Part shown: one piece after another, positions 43,701 through 54,205 of the stretch
Numbering within the stretch: the first letter of the stretch is position 1
How the letters are laid out: each line of letters begins with the position of its first letter
Assembly: GCA_043228905.1 (NCBI GenBank)
Contig: JBHGNT010000014.1
Coordinates: forward strand, 19,158,001-19,222,000
DNA length: 64,000 nt
Reading direction: 5' to 3'
Source of the DNA: Azolla caroliniana
Lineage: Eukaryota > Plantae > Polypodiophyta
Notes under the pieces: model-generated
What the model saw: only the letters and a program-made list of their open reading frames with translations
Databases searched by the model: none
What the model was told of the DNA's origin: nothing
Translations under genes and position numbers: made by a program

Positions 43701-44130
43701 TGGATGTTCTCTCTCTCTATCTATCTATCATCTCTATCTCTCACGAGTCACAAACGCACACACGCACGAAAAAAAGAGTAAGCATACTCCGAAATTGCAA
43801 CAGAATCCGCTCGAATGGCTTTCAAAACCTTCAATTTTCTTGAAATTGCCCGAATTACGCCGGGAGCACATTTCTGCAAAACTTGAAAATCAAAGGAACC
43901 TTAGCAAAACGAACAAGACAAATGGTTTAAAATGAAATGAAGAAAAAGGACCGATGATGATGAAGACGATGAAGGAAGGGGCAGATCAAGATGAAAGAAA
44001 GATTATGAAATGGAAATGAAGAAGAAACCTGAGAGGAGAAGAGGAAGCGATGGTGTGATGAGGTGAAGTTTCGCCTGGAGCCGGGAGAGGAGATGGAGAG
44101 GTTGTCGGCAAGAAACGAAGAAGACGCCAT
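34714..44130 (-). CDS. BCAT: Branched-chain amino acid aminotransferase, plastid-targeted type. Exons: 44130-44029, 43873-43788, 37452-37284, 37199-37023, 36625-36494, 36296-36198, 36088-35972, 35430-35335, 35184-35072, 34828-34714
   Basis: Ser-rich transit peptide, then [43 protein letters not shown] (PLP lysine), [32 protein letters not shown]. Exon phases are compatible. Confidence 0.95.
37900..39600 (-). mobile_element. Possible highly decayed hAT-like transposase remnant in BCAT intron 2
   Basis: Fragmentary coding-like translation with only weak resemblance to DUF659-type hAT transposases. No TIR or TSD was found. Confidence 0.25.
40120..40420 (+). mobile_element. Copia integrase C-terminal remnant in BCAT intron 2
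   Basis: [24 protein letters not shown]...[15 protein letters not shown]...[13 protein letters not shown]. Confidence 0.85.
40960..41530. mobile_element. AAACC-rich non-autonomous DNA-transposon-like element (similar tract at 46520-46840)
   Basis: Dense (A)AACCA/AACTG submotifs typical of subterminal repeats. The ends are not resolved. Confidence 0.35.
41600..42170 (+). mobile_element. Copia gag/protease remnant
   Basis: [14 protein letters not shown] resembles WxxDSGAxxHM. A decayed zinc-knuckle region lies upstream. Confidence 0.5.
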
Positions 44131-44155
44131 AGCCAATAAATACTTCTGCTTTCCC

Positions 44156-44187
<32 letters not shown>

Positions 44188-44239
44188 CTTGTTCCAGATC
44201 CTGATTTGCTCTGTATTTTGTTTCTATACGATCACAAAG

Positions 44240-44480
44240 CCCTTGCGTTTCCTGTATTTCCTGGAATGCCCTTGCCTTTCCTCTAATTCCCGGAATACCC
44301 TTGGATTTCCTGTATTTCTCGGAATTCCCTTGCAATTTCCTTTATTTCCCGGAATACCCTTGGATTTCCTGTATTTCTCGGAATGCCCTTGCAATTTCCT
44401 TTATTTCCCGGAATACCCTTGGATTTCCTGTATTTCTCGGAATGCCCTTACAATTTCCTTTATTTCCCGGAATGCCCTTA
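44240..44480. repeat. 29/30-bp minisatellite (59-bp dimer) immediately upstream of BCAT
   Basis: 8 units of CCTTG.ATTTCCT.TATTTC(C/T)CGGAAT.C. Confidence 0.95.
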
Positions 44481-44689
44481 GGTTTTTTGTAATCCCGAAG
44501 AAACGCCGCCCTCTCTCTGTTTTTCTGCCCCACATTGCCCCCACCAATCCCTCCAAGTTTTTCTCGAGCGAGTAACACAAAAAAAATGCCAAGAATAAAA
44601 TAGCCTGGCATTGCATTGTTTCCTCTTCGTTTCCCCAGAATGCCCTTTCGAATTTTTTGTCCTTCATATCCCTCAAACCATTCCTCCCC

Positions 44690-44918
44690 CTCAATGAGCC
44701 CAGAATTTTGATCAGCGAAAAAGTGTTACCATACATTCGCCTCTCTGCTCGCCCATATAATCACTTCCACAAGAGGTGGTTCTAATACTAGCAATCTTGA
44801 GAGAGAGAGACCCCATGAGCCCTAGAATTTTGCTCAGCGAATAAGGTGTGGACTTACATTCACCTCTTTGCTCGCACATATAATCGCTTCCACAAGAGGT
44901 GGTTCTAATACCAACAAC

Positions 44919-44962
<44 letters not shown>
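44690..44962. repeat. About 125-bp duplication followed by a (GA)n microsatellite
   Basis: ATGAGCCC.AGAATTTTG.TCAGCGAA...CTTCCACAAGAGGTGGTTCTAATAC occurs twice. (GA)n at 44922-44962. Confidence 0.85.
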
Positions 44963-44967
<5 letters not shown>

Positions 44968-45259
44968 TTGAGACATAGGCTCACTACATGCCCAGTTGCT
45001 AAAGCCATTTGGGTTATTATATCACAAATTCGGGCATCATTAACAAGCTCTACACACCCCATCATATCAGGTGGTGTTTCTTAGGCATTGGGAGATGTGG
45101 TGTAAGTTGTAACATAGAGTATGAGAAATGGTTCTTGTTTTATGAACTTAATGGAGAACCACAACAAATTTGTAGGCGAAAAGGACAATTGATTTGACAA
45201 TTTTAGCAACTATATTATATGGGGATGTTTTTAGGTTGAGGGAAAAGGGAGACCACCAC

Positions 45260-45810
45260 CACATTCCTTGAGCACGAAGAGTGAATTTCAGAAATCTCGA
45301 ATGACCAAAATGAGGAAATGATCCTCCTTCTATAAGGCCAAAGATGGTCATTTGAACTAGTCGTTTATTGGCTAGTCGTTGGGACTACCCATTCGGGACA
45401 AGGTTTGGACAGACCATTGTGGCACCCCTTTTGGGATTGGGACCACATTCCTTGAGCACCAAGAGTGAATTTAAGAAATCCCGAATGAGCAAAACGAGGA
45501 AATGATCATCCTTCTACAAGACCAATGATGGTCATTTGAACTAGTTGTTTATTGGCTAGTCGTTGGGACTACCCATTGGGACAAGGTTTGGGCAGACCAT
45601 TGTGGCACCCCTTTTGGGATTGGTAACACATTCCTTGAGCACCAAGAGTGAATTTCAGAAATCCCGAATGAGCAAAACGAGGAAATGATAATCCTTCTAT
45701 AAGACCAATGACAGTCATTTGAACTAGTCATTTATTGGCTAGTTGTTGGAACTACCCATTGGGACAAGGTTTGGACAGACCATGGTGGCACCCCTTTGGG
45801 ATTGGGACTG
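45260..45810. repeat. Three tandem units of about 183 bp
   Basis: ACATTCCTTGAGCAC.AAGAGTGAATTT at about 45261, 45445 and 45628. TGGCACCCCTTT.GGGATTGG at about 45420, 45603 and 45787. Confidence 0.9.
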
Positions 45811-47559
45811 GGTCCCTTGGTGAGTCCTAATTAATTTTGGGACTCAACTTCAATTGGGATAGAATAGGGACACCACTTTACCTGGGTCCTCTAGAGCTTG
45901 AGTCCCATCAAGCTTGGAAAACTATCCCAAGAACTTAGATGTTATGGCCCTCCATTTCATATTTCTTGGGCCACTCTTGATCCTTCGCTCCATCTCCCTT
46001 TCATGTTGTTCTTCCTTCCTTGCCTCTTGCTCAACCACCTCGGTTGAGCTCACCTATGTCTCGGTTGCACGCTCTAAGGCCCTTCAAGGCCTTTCTTCAA
46101 TCTTCGTGCATTGCTCGCCCATCTTCGTTGGGCACACCTTCTTTGAGCCACTCTCGATCATTTTAGCTTTGTGGTTCTTCGAGGGAGAATGTTATGTGCA
46201 TAACCATAACTAATATAGGTTTTCCTTAGTTTTAGCTAATATTATGATGATACATATGGGTTAATTTTGAAAGGAATGAGGGTATGGTTTGTAACCTCCA
46301 ATTCTACGGCATTGGTTGACTATTAAGTGTGCTATCACTTTACCACTTCACATAAAGTAGTCAAATGTGAACACACCAGGGGCTGGGTTCTGCCTATATA
46401 AGAAGGATAACTACCCTCTTATTAGGGGAGACTTGACTTATGCTAAGACTATGATAGTGTGGATATGGCTCTTGTTAGAAAAGCACATGCCATCTTCATG
46501 GAACCCAAGGTACAACTTACATCAAAGTTAGAGAAAACTAGACCAAACCATTAAATCACAAAATCCAAACCAAAACCATTTAAGTCAAATCAATTAAATA
46601 ATTTAAAAAATATTATTAATGCATGGTTGTAACTTGTAAATTAATTAAACCTTTTTAAATAAAAAACCATTAGGAAAACAGAAAAACGATTAAACAATTA
46701 AATTGAGCCACTTAAACAAATAAATAGATAAACCCCAATTTTAGAACTAAAGAGAAGTGAAACCAAACCATTTTATAGTATTCAACTTTACAAACAATTA
46801 AACCATGGCTTAATGATTCATTTTGGTTTTAACATAAGCAAGGCTTGTAGCTATATGCGAGTATGCTTAAATAAGGATAAGTTATGTGGCAAGAAGATAA
46901 GTGAATATAAGAATGTGAAGATATGTGTATGTGTAAAATTTAAATAAGTGCATGTAATTAAGCTTATGTGTAGTCATGTGCGCATGTATCTATGTGTAAG
47001 TGAGTGCTTTGTGTGTGTGTGTGAATAGGTTTTAAAGCAGAGGTGGGTGTACCTTAAAGCGTATATTTTTGTTGGAAACTCAAGGGTATTTGGGAGCATA
47101 AGTTTCCTCCTTTTTTGGGGTGTGAATTAAACATGAGTTATTGAGCATTCGCGTAGGTGTCCACATGATGACATTTTTGCCCATGCATTCAATTGAGTCA
47201 CGAAAGTGTGCACATTTACACTTGTCACACTGTCGTGACCACTTACAACATAAAGAAGAGCCATACAAACTAAAGAGAAGGGATTTTCAAGAATCACGAA
47301 CAATGGCTCTAAAGTCTTCAAATATCATCAAAAGTCAACAAACAATTTCAAAAATGATTAATGTCATGTCAACAATAACCATGGAAATTGAAACCTCGAA
47401 GTGTTCATAAAGAATAATTGTTTTTCCCTTCCTTAATGTTCCCTAATAATTTTCAAGCAATTACTTTATTGAAATGATTCTAATGGTTGTTAGATTTATT
47501 TTATCATTAGCATACAAACTCCGGGATGATAAAGGTTTTTTTTATGTGTAGTTAATAAG

Positions 47560-47860
47560 TTTTTCAAATTTGGGCAAAGGAAAACTTTGATATTACAAGA
47601 ACTTTTAGAAGTACTTTTTCATTTATCACACTATGAGAATATATGTATCTAACCTTCAGCTGCCTACGAGGGCAATTGGACGAGGTTTGCGGCCATTCCA
47701 ACGACGTGGTCACTGCCCGTTTGCACTTTTGGCAAAAATGGTGGAACACGCCTATGGTGACACAAGGAGGAAGTGGCCCAAGGTGGAACTACCAACCCCC
47801 ACGCTGGCTGTTTCCGACTCACCTGCCTCCCTCCCTTCGTTGTAGGCCCCAAGAATTGGT
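47560..47860 (+). mobile_element. LINE ORF2 C-terminal fragment
   Basis: LRGQLD...ARLHFWQKW...GPRWNYQPPRW is similar to the end of the L1 at about 25600-25750 (LHGQYD...FKNRW...GPKWNY). Confidence 0.55.
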
Positions 47861-48299
47861 TCATACTAGCCAACACTAAAGGGCACCATTTTTAGCTATA
47901 GGTATCTACTTACATTAACTAGTTAGTCTGAAAGGCTATGTAAGCTGTCTCATTTTCTTGAACTTGATCCGAGGGAGATTCCCCGATTTGTGTATAAGCC
48001 CCCTTGTACAATTTTTTTGTAATAATCCGTCCTAACTAATGGGAAAGTAGCTTCATTTTGAAAAAAAAAGAACACTATGAAAGATGGATCAATGTGGAAT
48101 TGTCTACCCAACAACCCAAGTTCCAACAATATCCAAAATCTATACATGAGTAATATGGAGTTAAATAGTAATTCATAAAATTTAACATGATTTGAATATT
48201 GGTCTCCCTAATGTTATTCTATGGTAAGGGAATGTTTTAACTAGGACAAGTTGGAGCAATAATATTGATAATGTACCATGATTACCAAAGCATGTTCAC

Positions 48300-48760
48300 A
48301 TTTAGTACACTAATGTCAAGTTAAGTCAATGTACATAGGATAATATACAACTCATACCTTACAGGCTAACTTGCATGGCGAAAAAGAAAACATGTATAAA
48401 GGAAACAACATGTCTAAAACTCCTAATCACCACATCATCCGCTGAGCATAGATTTACTTGGTCGCATACCCTCAACGTGAGCCTCATACAACCTGAATTC
48501 AACATAGACATCCTCCGATCTCTTCACGTGGCAACACCCATCTATATGTTAGGTACACTCGGAAGGGAAAACCACCGTGGTGGCTGATAAATCCACTTTG
48601 CTTTGTCATCCACCATCTGCAACATTGGAGAACCTCTCCATTTCAAAAGGGAACGAGCTCTAGCTTCTTCACTCACATCCAAGGGTCCCTGAAGGCTTTC
48701 AAACTCTCCTTGTAACGTAGAAATAATATTAAACCATATCATCATTAAACTCTCCGCCGG
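48300..48760 (-). mobile_element. LINE ORF2 C-terminal fragment with 3' UTR
   Basis: LQGEFESLQG...ARARSLLKW...AKWIYQPPRW, the same motif family as 47560-47860. Confidence 0.55.
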
Positions 48761-50028
48761 TGGGGTTCACTTACACTAATGTCTAAGTTTATTAAAGAAC
48801 ATAAGAGGGAGTACAAATAAAACAAAGATATAGGGAGATTTGATTAAGGACATGGAATGATAATGTACGTTTGTTTAGTGCTTATACATACCCATTCATG
48901 CTTCAAAATTCTTGGATTCACATGCTTTATTTTTTATTTCCATGTTTCAATTTAATCCCATGATTCCATGTGGAAGATGGGTACTACAAGATGAGGAGAA
49001 TATCAAAGTTGACGAATTTTCATTATTGCATATTATACATAATGTGCTACGTCATTGACTGTTGCGTATGAATTAATTCTGCACAATATTTCATAATAGG
49101 AGATTAAAATGACCTTTTTTGAAGGGTTTTCATATGCTTATTATTCAAGTTGGCATAATGTTATTCTAATGTGTAAAGAGAGCACATGAAAAATGGTCAT
49201 ATAATGCTAGCTCAACAAGTTTTTGAAGAAGTAGAACAATTCTACATGGATAATTTTATGTCAAATGACATTAATGTCTCTTGTAAGATTGGTGATGGGT
49301 TATTTTGTATGGTGATATACTTTTTTGTAAAGTCATATATCTAGGTTATTAATTATTGTTTCTCCAGCTTATGGCACACACATTACTCTTAAAACAATAC
49401 TTGAATAAGAACACTACATACCATGTTTCTAAATTCTAGGTATAACATACTTTTATATTAGAGAAGATAGAAAAGGTTTACTAGATTTGTGTTTCAATAT
49501 ATCTAAGACTCTAGGACCTACCAAAACCACATCACCCTAACTTATGAAATTTATTTTCATATAGTAATATGAGATATGCTTGTCAGTTAGAGGGTGTTTC
49601 ATATTTCAGATGTTCAACAAAATCATGACTTCTGAAAATGCCATCGTCCCTCACTTGAATTGTAAGTGACCAAACTCAAGATCATGTGTTGTGAAGTTGT
49701 GAGAAACACATCGTAGAGAAACTTGGAGTTTCATTCACTTCATATTTTTATACAACTATGTTATAAATACCCTATTAGGATGTGCACAATATAGTGAAGA
49801 CATTAACGTTCATCAACACTTTGAGTAGAGATAGAACACACATACTGCCACAAATCTTACATGGGTTGAAAAATGGAAAATATTGGCAATTATGTTTGTA
49901 ACCTCAACTTTATTTCTTGATATAATTTATTTAACAATCACATGTCGTGTAATGGATAGTAGCAAAACCTAGAGTTGGGAGTGATTGCAAGAGGTGTTTG
50001 AGTGATAACATGGAGTGTTCTTTGTTCA

Positions 50029-50664
50029 CTAGATGGTGGAGTTGGAGGTGGAGTTGGGAGGTGGAGTTATGGTTATATTTGGGGTTGGGGTTGGGGTTGG
50101 AGTTAGAGCGGATGGAGGTGAGGCCAATATACCACACCGTGTAAGTATTTGTATTTGAGTGCTTGTGAAAGAAGTGAGTGAAATGGATTGCACCAACACA
50201 CCATTGACACCACATATGGACGTTCCTACAATCGTGCGACAACAAATGGAAGTTGGGTTGATGACACCCACATTAGTAGTACAAGTGATGCTAGATAACC
50301 ATGTAGAAAGGAATTTTGAGCAAGATGATACTGCAAATGGCGGGGGTGGTGGAGGAGGGATACCGGTGACGATGATATTGCAATTGTTCCTAAGGATCTG
50401 AAGGGCATTAGGGCTAAAGGTAGAGGGTGGCAAAGAAGTGAGGACACCCGGGGCACACGCAGAAGAGATAGCGCTACAACAAATTGCCGAACTAGCAAGA
50501 ATTCCATTGCATAACGAGCTTGACAAAAGCCTATTTACGATGCTAGCACACGTACCAGGGTCAATAACATTAGCATATATTATCGTTGGCCCATAAATGA
50601 AAGATGTCACTGATAACATCAAAACCCACAAAAATAGGCCTTGTTGCAACTCCATCTTGCCCAT
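50029..50664 (-). CDS. Secreted Cys-rich protein: signal peptide, two 6-Cys prolamin-like (ECA1/EC1-like) domains, Pro-rich linker and tail
   Basis: Hydrophobic N-terminus, two C..C..CC..C..C repeats separated by P7, PT-repeat tail. TATA-like CTATATAAG about 95 nt upstream (50756-50764). No intron. Confidence 0.8.
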   Translation of the reverse strand: MGKMELQQGLFLWVLMLSVTSFIYGPTIIYANVIDPGTCASIVNRLLSSSLCNGILASSAICCSAISSACAPGVLTSLPPSTFSPNALQILRNNCNIIVTGIPPPPPPPFAVSSCSKFLSTWLSSITCTTNVGVINPTSICCRTIVGTSICGVNGVLVQSISLTSFTSTQIQILTRCGILASPPSALTPTPTPTPNITITPPPNSTSNSTI

Positions 50665-52054
50665 GACAATATTTCTAAAGAGGATGTTACTTTTACTATA
50701 TAGAAGGCGTAATTAATCGTTGTGGTTGTTGCTAATCAAGCTACTCCCTTGCATTCTTATATAGTACCTTTGAAGTCTTAGAGTACCATCGAAAGTCGAC
50801 TAAAGATATCGTGAATATTCATGATAACAACAACCATGGAAATTAAAACCTCCGGGCTCTACGAATAAAGATTTCTTTTGGGCATCCTTAATGTAACCAT
50901 TCAAATCCTCTAATTTCAACTTCTTATTTATACAACTCAATCTTCTAGCAATTATTTTATTCAAACTCTTTTGATGATGCATGGAATTTTTCTAGACTAA
51001 AACTTGTAAAACTAATTAAACTAGAAGAAAACTTCAGTGTGTGATTGGTTCTACAATCACATTGTCATCTTTTAAAAAGGAAAAGCTTTTTGGATTGTAG
51101 TAATGTTTCGGGCAATAACTCCATCAATTATAACATTATATGAAAATGGGTCACTCAATAGTAAGTAATCGTTTGTGCGAACTTTGCACTTGAGAAATGT
51201 GAGAAAACATGATTAGGAAGATAAGAATATTGGGCCATTTAAATGGGATGTCTACAAGGTAAACTCAGGTGGCTGGGATTGTTGGGAGGAAAACAAGGAA
51301 AAAACAAAGATGTTTCACTTATGACATGGGAGTTTTAATAACATGGGCATATGTGAGGATTGCATGAAAAAAAGATAACATCAAAACCATAAAGAAAGCA
51401 ATCAAAACAAGGATACTATGCACAATGCTTCCACGTTGTCGTAGCATGTTTAACATATTGTGTACTTTAACGAAATCAGTCTTATGTGCAAATTGCTAGT
51501 TCATATGCGAATAAGGGAAAGAATAATCTCATGATTTAATGGACATATTCTTCATTATCATTTATCTTTACAATAATCAAACTTTGTGCAAAAGAAAGAT
51601 AATATATATAAAGATAGTTTTTTTAATGTCCATAGAGAGGCCAATATTGACCCATGGGACCTAAGTACAAAAGTTTTTTTTTTTCAAAACAAAATATCCG
51701 CCCATCAGTTATATAGAAAGGTCATAACGGTTCAACATACAAAGTATTTTTTCCCCAACGCGTCTTGTGTAAGATAATGGCCGAGGAAACAAATCTATGT
51801 ACTCCAACATAGAGAAAACAATCCAACAATTACAATCTATTCCCTAAACACATTGCAAGGTATCCATATCCATAGACAACAACAAAAGTAGATCTATTAA
51901 GAAAGAAGTCCTCTTAGGTCATAGTTATGAGGCATTCAATACTTCTTCAACCTGTACATCTAAGATTTGAAGAAGATCAACTACTTTGTTTGTTTTTTCA
52001 AGAGAACCACTATTCACATTTGTGACTGTAATGTCAACAACTATGCTTCCTCTT

Positions 52055-52700
52055 TCCACATCAACCATCTTGCCGGATTACACCAAATTCCTGTATATAC
52101 AACAACAAATTAAGTCAAGTTCCCTCCTCTCCTCATGAGCTTATTCTTTAACCCCCACACCATCACCACTCATCCTTATCCAAAACATAAATTCTACTTC
52201 CTTAAGTCCACATCATCCATCTTGCTGAATACCACCAAAATCCTGCACATACAACAATACAATGAGTCTTATTTCCTCATCCCCTCATGAGAGTTTGCTT
52301 CGCCCCCCCCACCCTCATCACTCATCCTTATCCAAAAACATACAATTTGCTTCATCAAGTCCACATCAAACTTCTTGCCGATTACTGCCAAAACTTGTAC
52401 ATACAAACAAATAAATTAGTCTAGTCTTCTAAATAGACTATGCTTCAACCCCCACACCACCAACACTCATCCTTATCAAAAACATGCATTTTGCTTCTTC
52501 AATTCCACATCAAACTTCTCGCCGATTACCGCCAAAATCCTGTACGTACAAACAACTAAATGAGTCTAGTCTTCTGAAGAGACTATGCTTCAACCCCCAC
52601 ACCACCAACACTTATCCTTATCAAAAACATGAATTTGTGTTTCATTAATCCACATCAACCATCTCACTCTCGTTGATTTACTACCAAAATCATGTACGCT
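52055..52700. repeat. Degenerate tandem repeat, about 4.5 units of 140-150 bp
   Basis: TCCACATCAA.C.TCTTGCCG...CCCCCACACCA.CA.CACTCATCCTTATC recurs. Confidence 0.85.
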
Positions 52701-53599
52701 TATCCAAAATTAGAAGATGCTTCATTTTCCGCATCCACCATCTTGCCCCTATCAGTCCATAGGATTGTCCCAATCCCATCCGCCTCTTTTATGTCCTTCT
52801 TGTCAACTTGTAAGTTAAAGAGGAAAGAAGAAACTATATACCTCACAATTATGTTTGAAATAAGAAAGGACTAGGGGGAGGGAATAGCCAACGTGGTGGA
52901 ACATAATTCCAACGATCTTCATGTGACTCATCCAACTAGAGAGGTATTCACCACCATATTTTATGAAATTTTCGCCTTTTCTTATGCACCTTTTCCGATG
53001 TTCCTTTAATACTATCATACTCTCCCTTAACTATGTGCACCAAGTTGTCCCACAACATCTTAATCATATCCATGACATTGTACTCGAAGCCTTCATATTT
53101 CTTGTTGCAACGACACTTCTACCACACCCATAAAGCATTAACTGAAACAATACTCCAAACAAAAGAATCTCTAAAAAATTTACCACCAAGAATGTTAGGA
53201 ATAACTACTTCAAATGTATTCTCCAAACACACGTAATGCTTCTTTCATGTGTGTCTTGATGTGTGTTTCCTTCATAACAAGGGATGTTCATACTTTGTTT
53301 TACCAAGTCTCGATGTGTGAATAAGGCATACACATATGAGCTCCACCGTCTAGGCATTCTCTTTAGTGTAACACGCAAGTCATTATCCCCTCTTAATATA
53401 TCATCATAACTTTCATGAATTGCACTATATGTGGAGCATGTAAAAAGCAATTGATACTCATCCTCTACTAGCTATTCCTTCATGCGTGTCTCCTTCATAA
53501 CAAGGGATATTCGTACTTTGATTTACCAAGTCTCAATGTGTGAATAAGGCATACACATATGAGCTCAACCGTCTAGGTGTTCTCTTTAGTGTAATACGA

Positions 53600-54205
53600 T
53601 GTCGTGATGTTGCGTGTCCAATGGGAGAAATTGTGAAAGTGTAGTTCCACGCACATTACACAAACGATTATAAATATGAAAATTATCCTAGGGCATAGTA
53701 ACATTCGAGTGCATATAGAGGGGTGCAAGCAAGATTTGAACCTCGCACCTCCAAGATAGGAGACATTTATCTTACCATTAGGGCTACTACCAAGTACTTT
53801 AAATATTATGTATTTCTTTTCATATTCAAAAGGCATAGGAAAACAACCGTACAAAACCGTGTGCACAAAACCATATTCCAAGCCCATGGTTTTGTGCATG
53901 ATAGAAGCATGGATAGACCTATAAAAACCCTCGTAAGGCTTGTGTAAGGGGGGGGGGGGTCAATTTGGAGATCATCAACATCATCATCATCAACAATAAT
54001 ATAATACTCTTCTTATTCTTCTTCTTGACATCTATCTTCTTCTCAAGTATAAAAAATCTTTGGCCTTCTCAAGTGTGACATTAGTTTCCTCGACTCCTAC
54101 ATACACATCGTCATCTTTTCGACAATTTCGCAAACGTCCTCCCTGGTCCATGACCCCGGTGGTCCCGCTCAAGCGAAGCACGCATGCACGCACATCTTCG
54201 CGACA
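53600..54205 (+). mobile_element. Solo LTR of a sister family of the 7089-14902 Gypsy element
   Basis: TGTCGTGATG...ATCTTCGCGACA termini. U5 motif CTGGTCCATGACCCCGGTGGTCCCGC versus CTGGTCCAGAACCCCGGCGGTTCCGC in the Gypsy LTR. TATA at 53920. The TSD is not cleanly preserved. Confidence 0.8.
53715..53793 (-). ncRNA. tRNA-derived Pol III module in the solo LTR
   Basis: TAGCCCTAATGGTAAG...CTCCTATCTTGGAGGTGCGAGGTTCAAATCT. A box 53786-53775, B box 53742-53732. Confidence 0.65.

Noticed and set aside
43660-43716. Extra BCAT exon ending at a GTATGC donor
   Set aside because: The acceptor region is purine-rich, and 43873-43788 already gives the correct phase and a transit-peptide-like sequence.
44258-44472. 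Heat-shock elements or STAT (GAS) sites
   Set aside because: The spacing is TTC-n3-GAA, not the n2 of an HSE. The GAS match is real as text, but plants lack a canonical STAT pathway, so no function is claimed.
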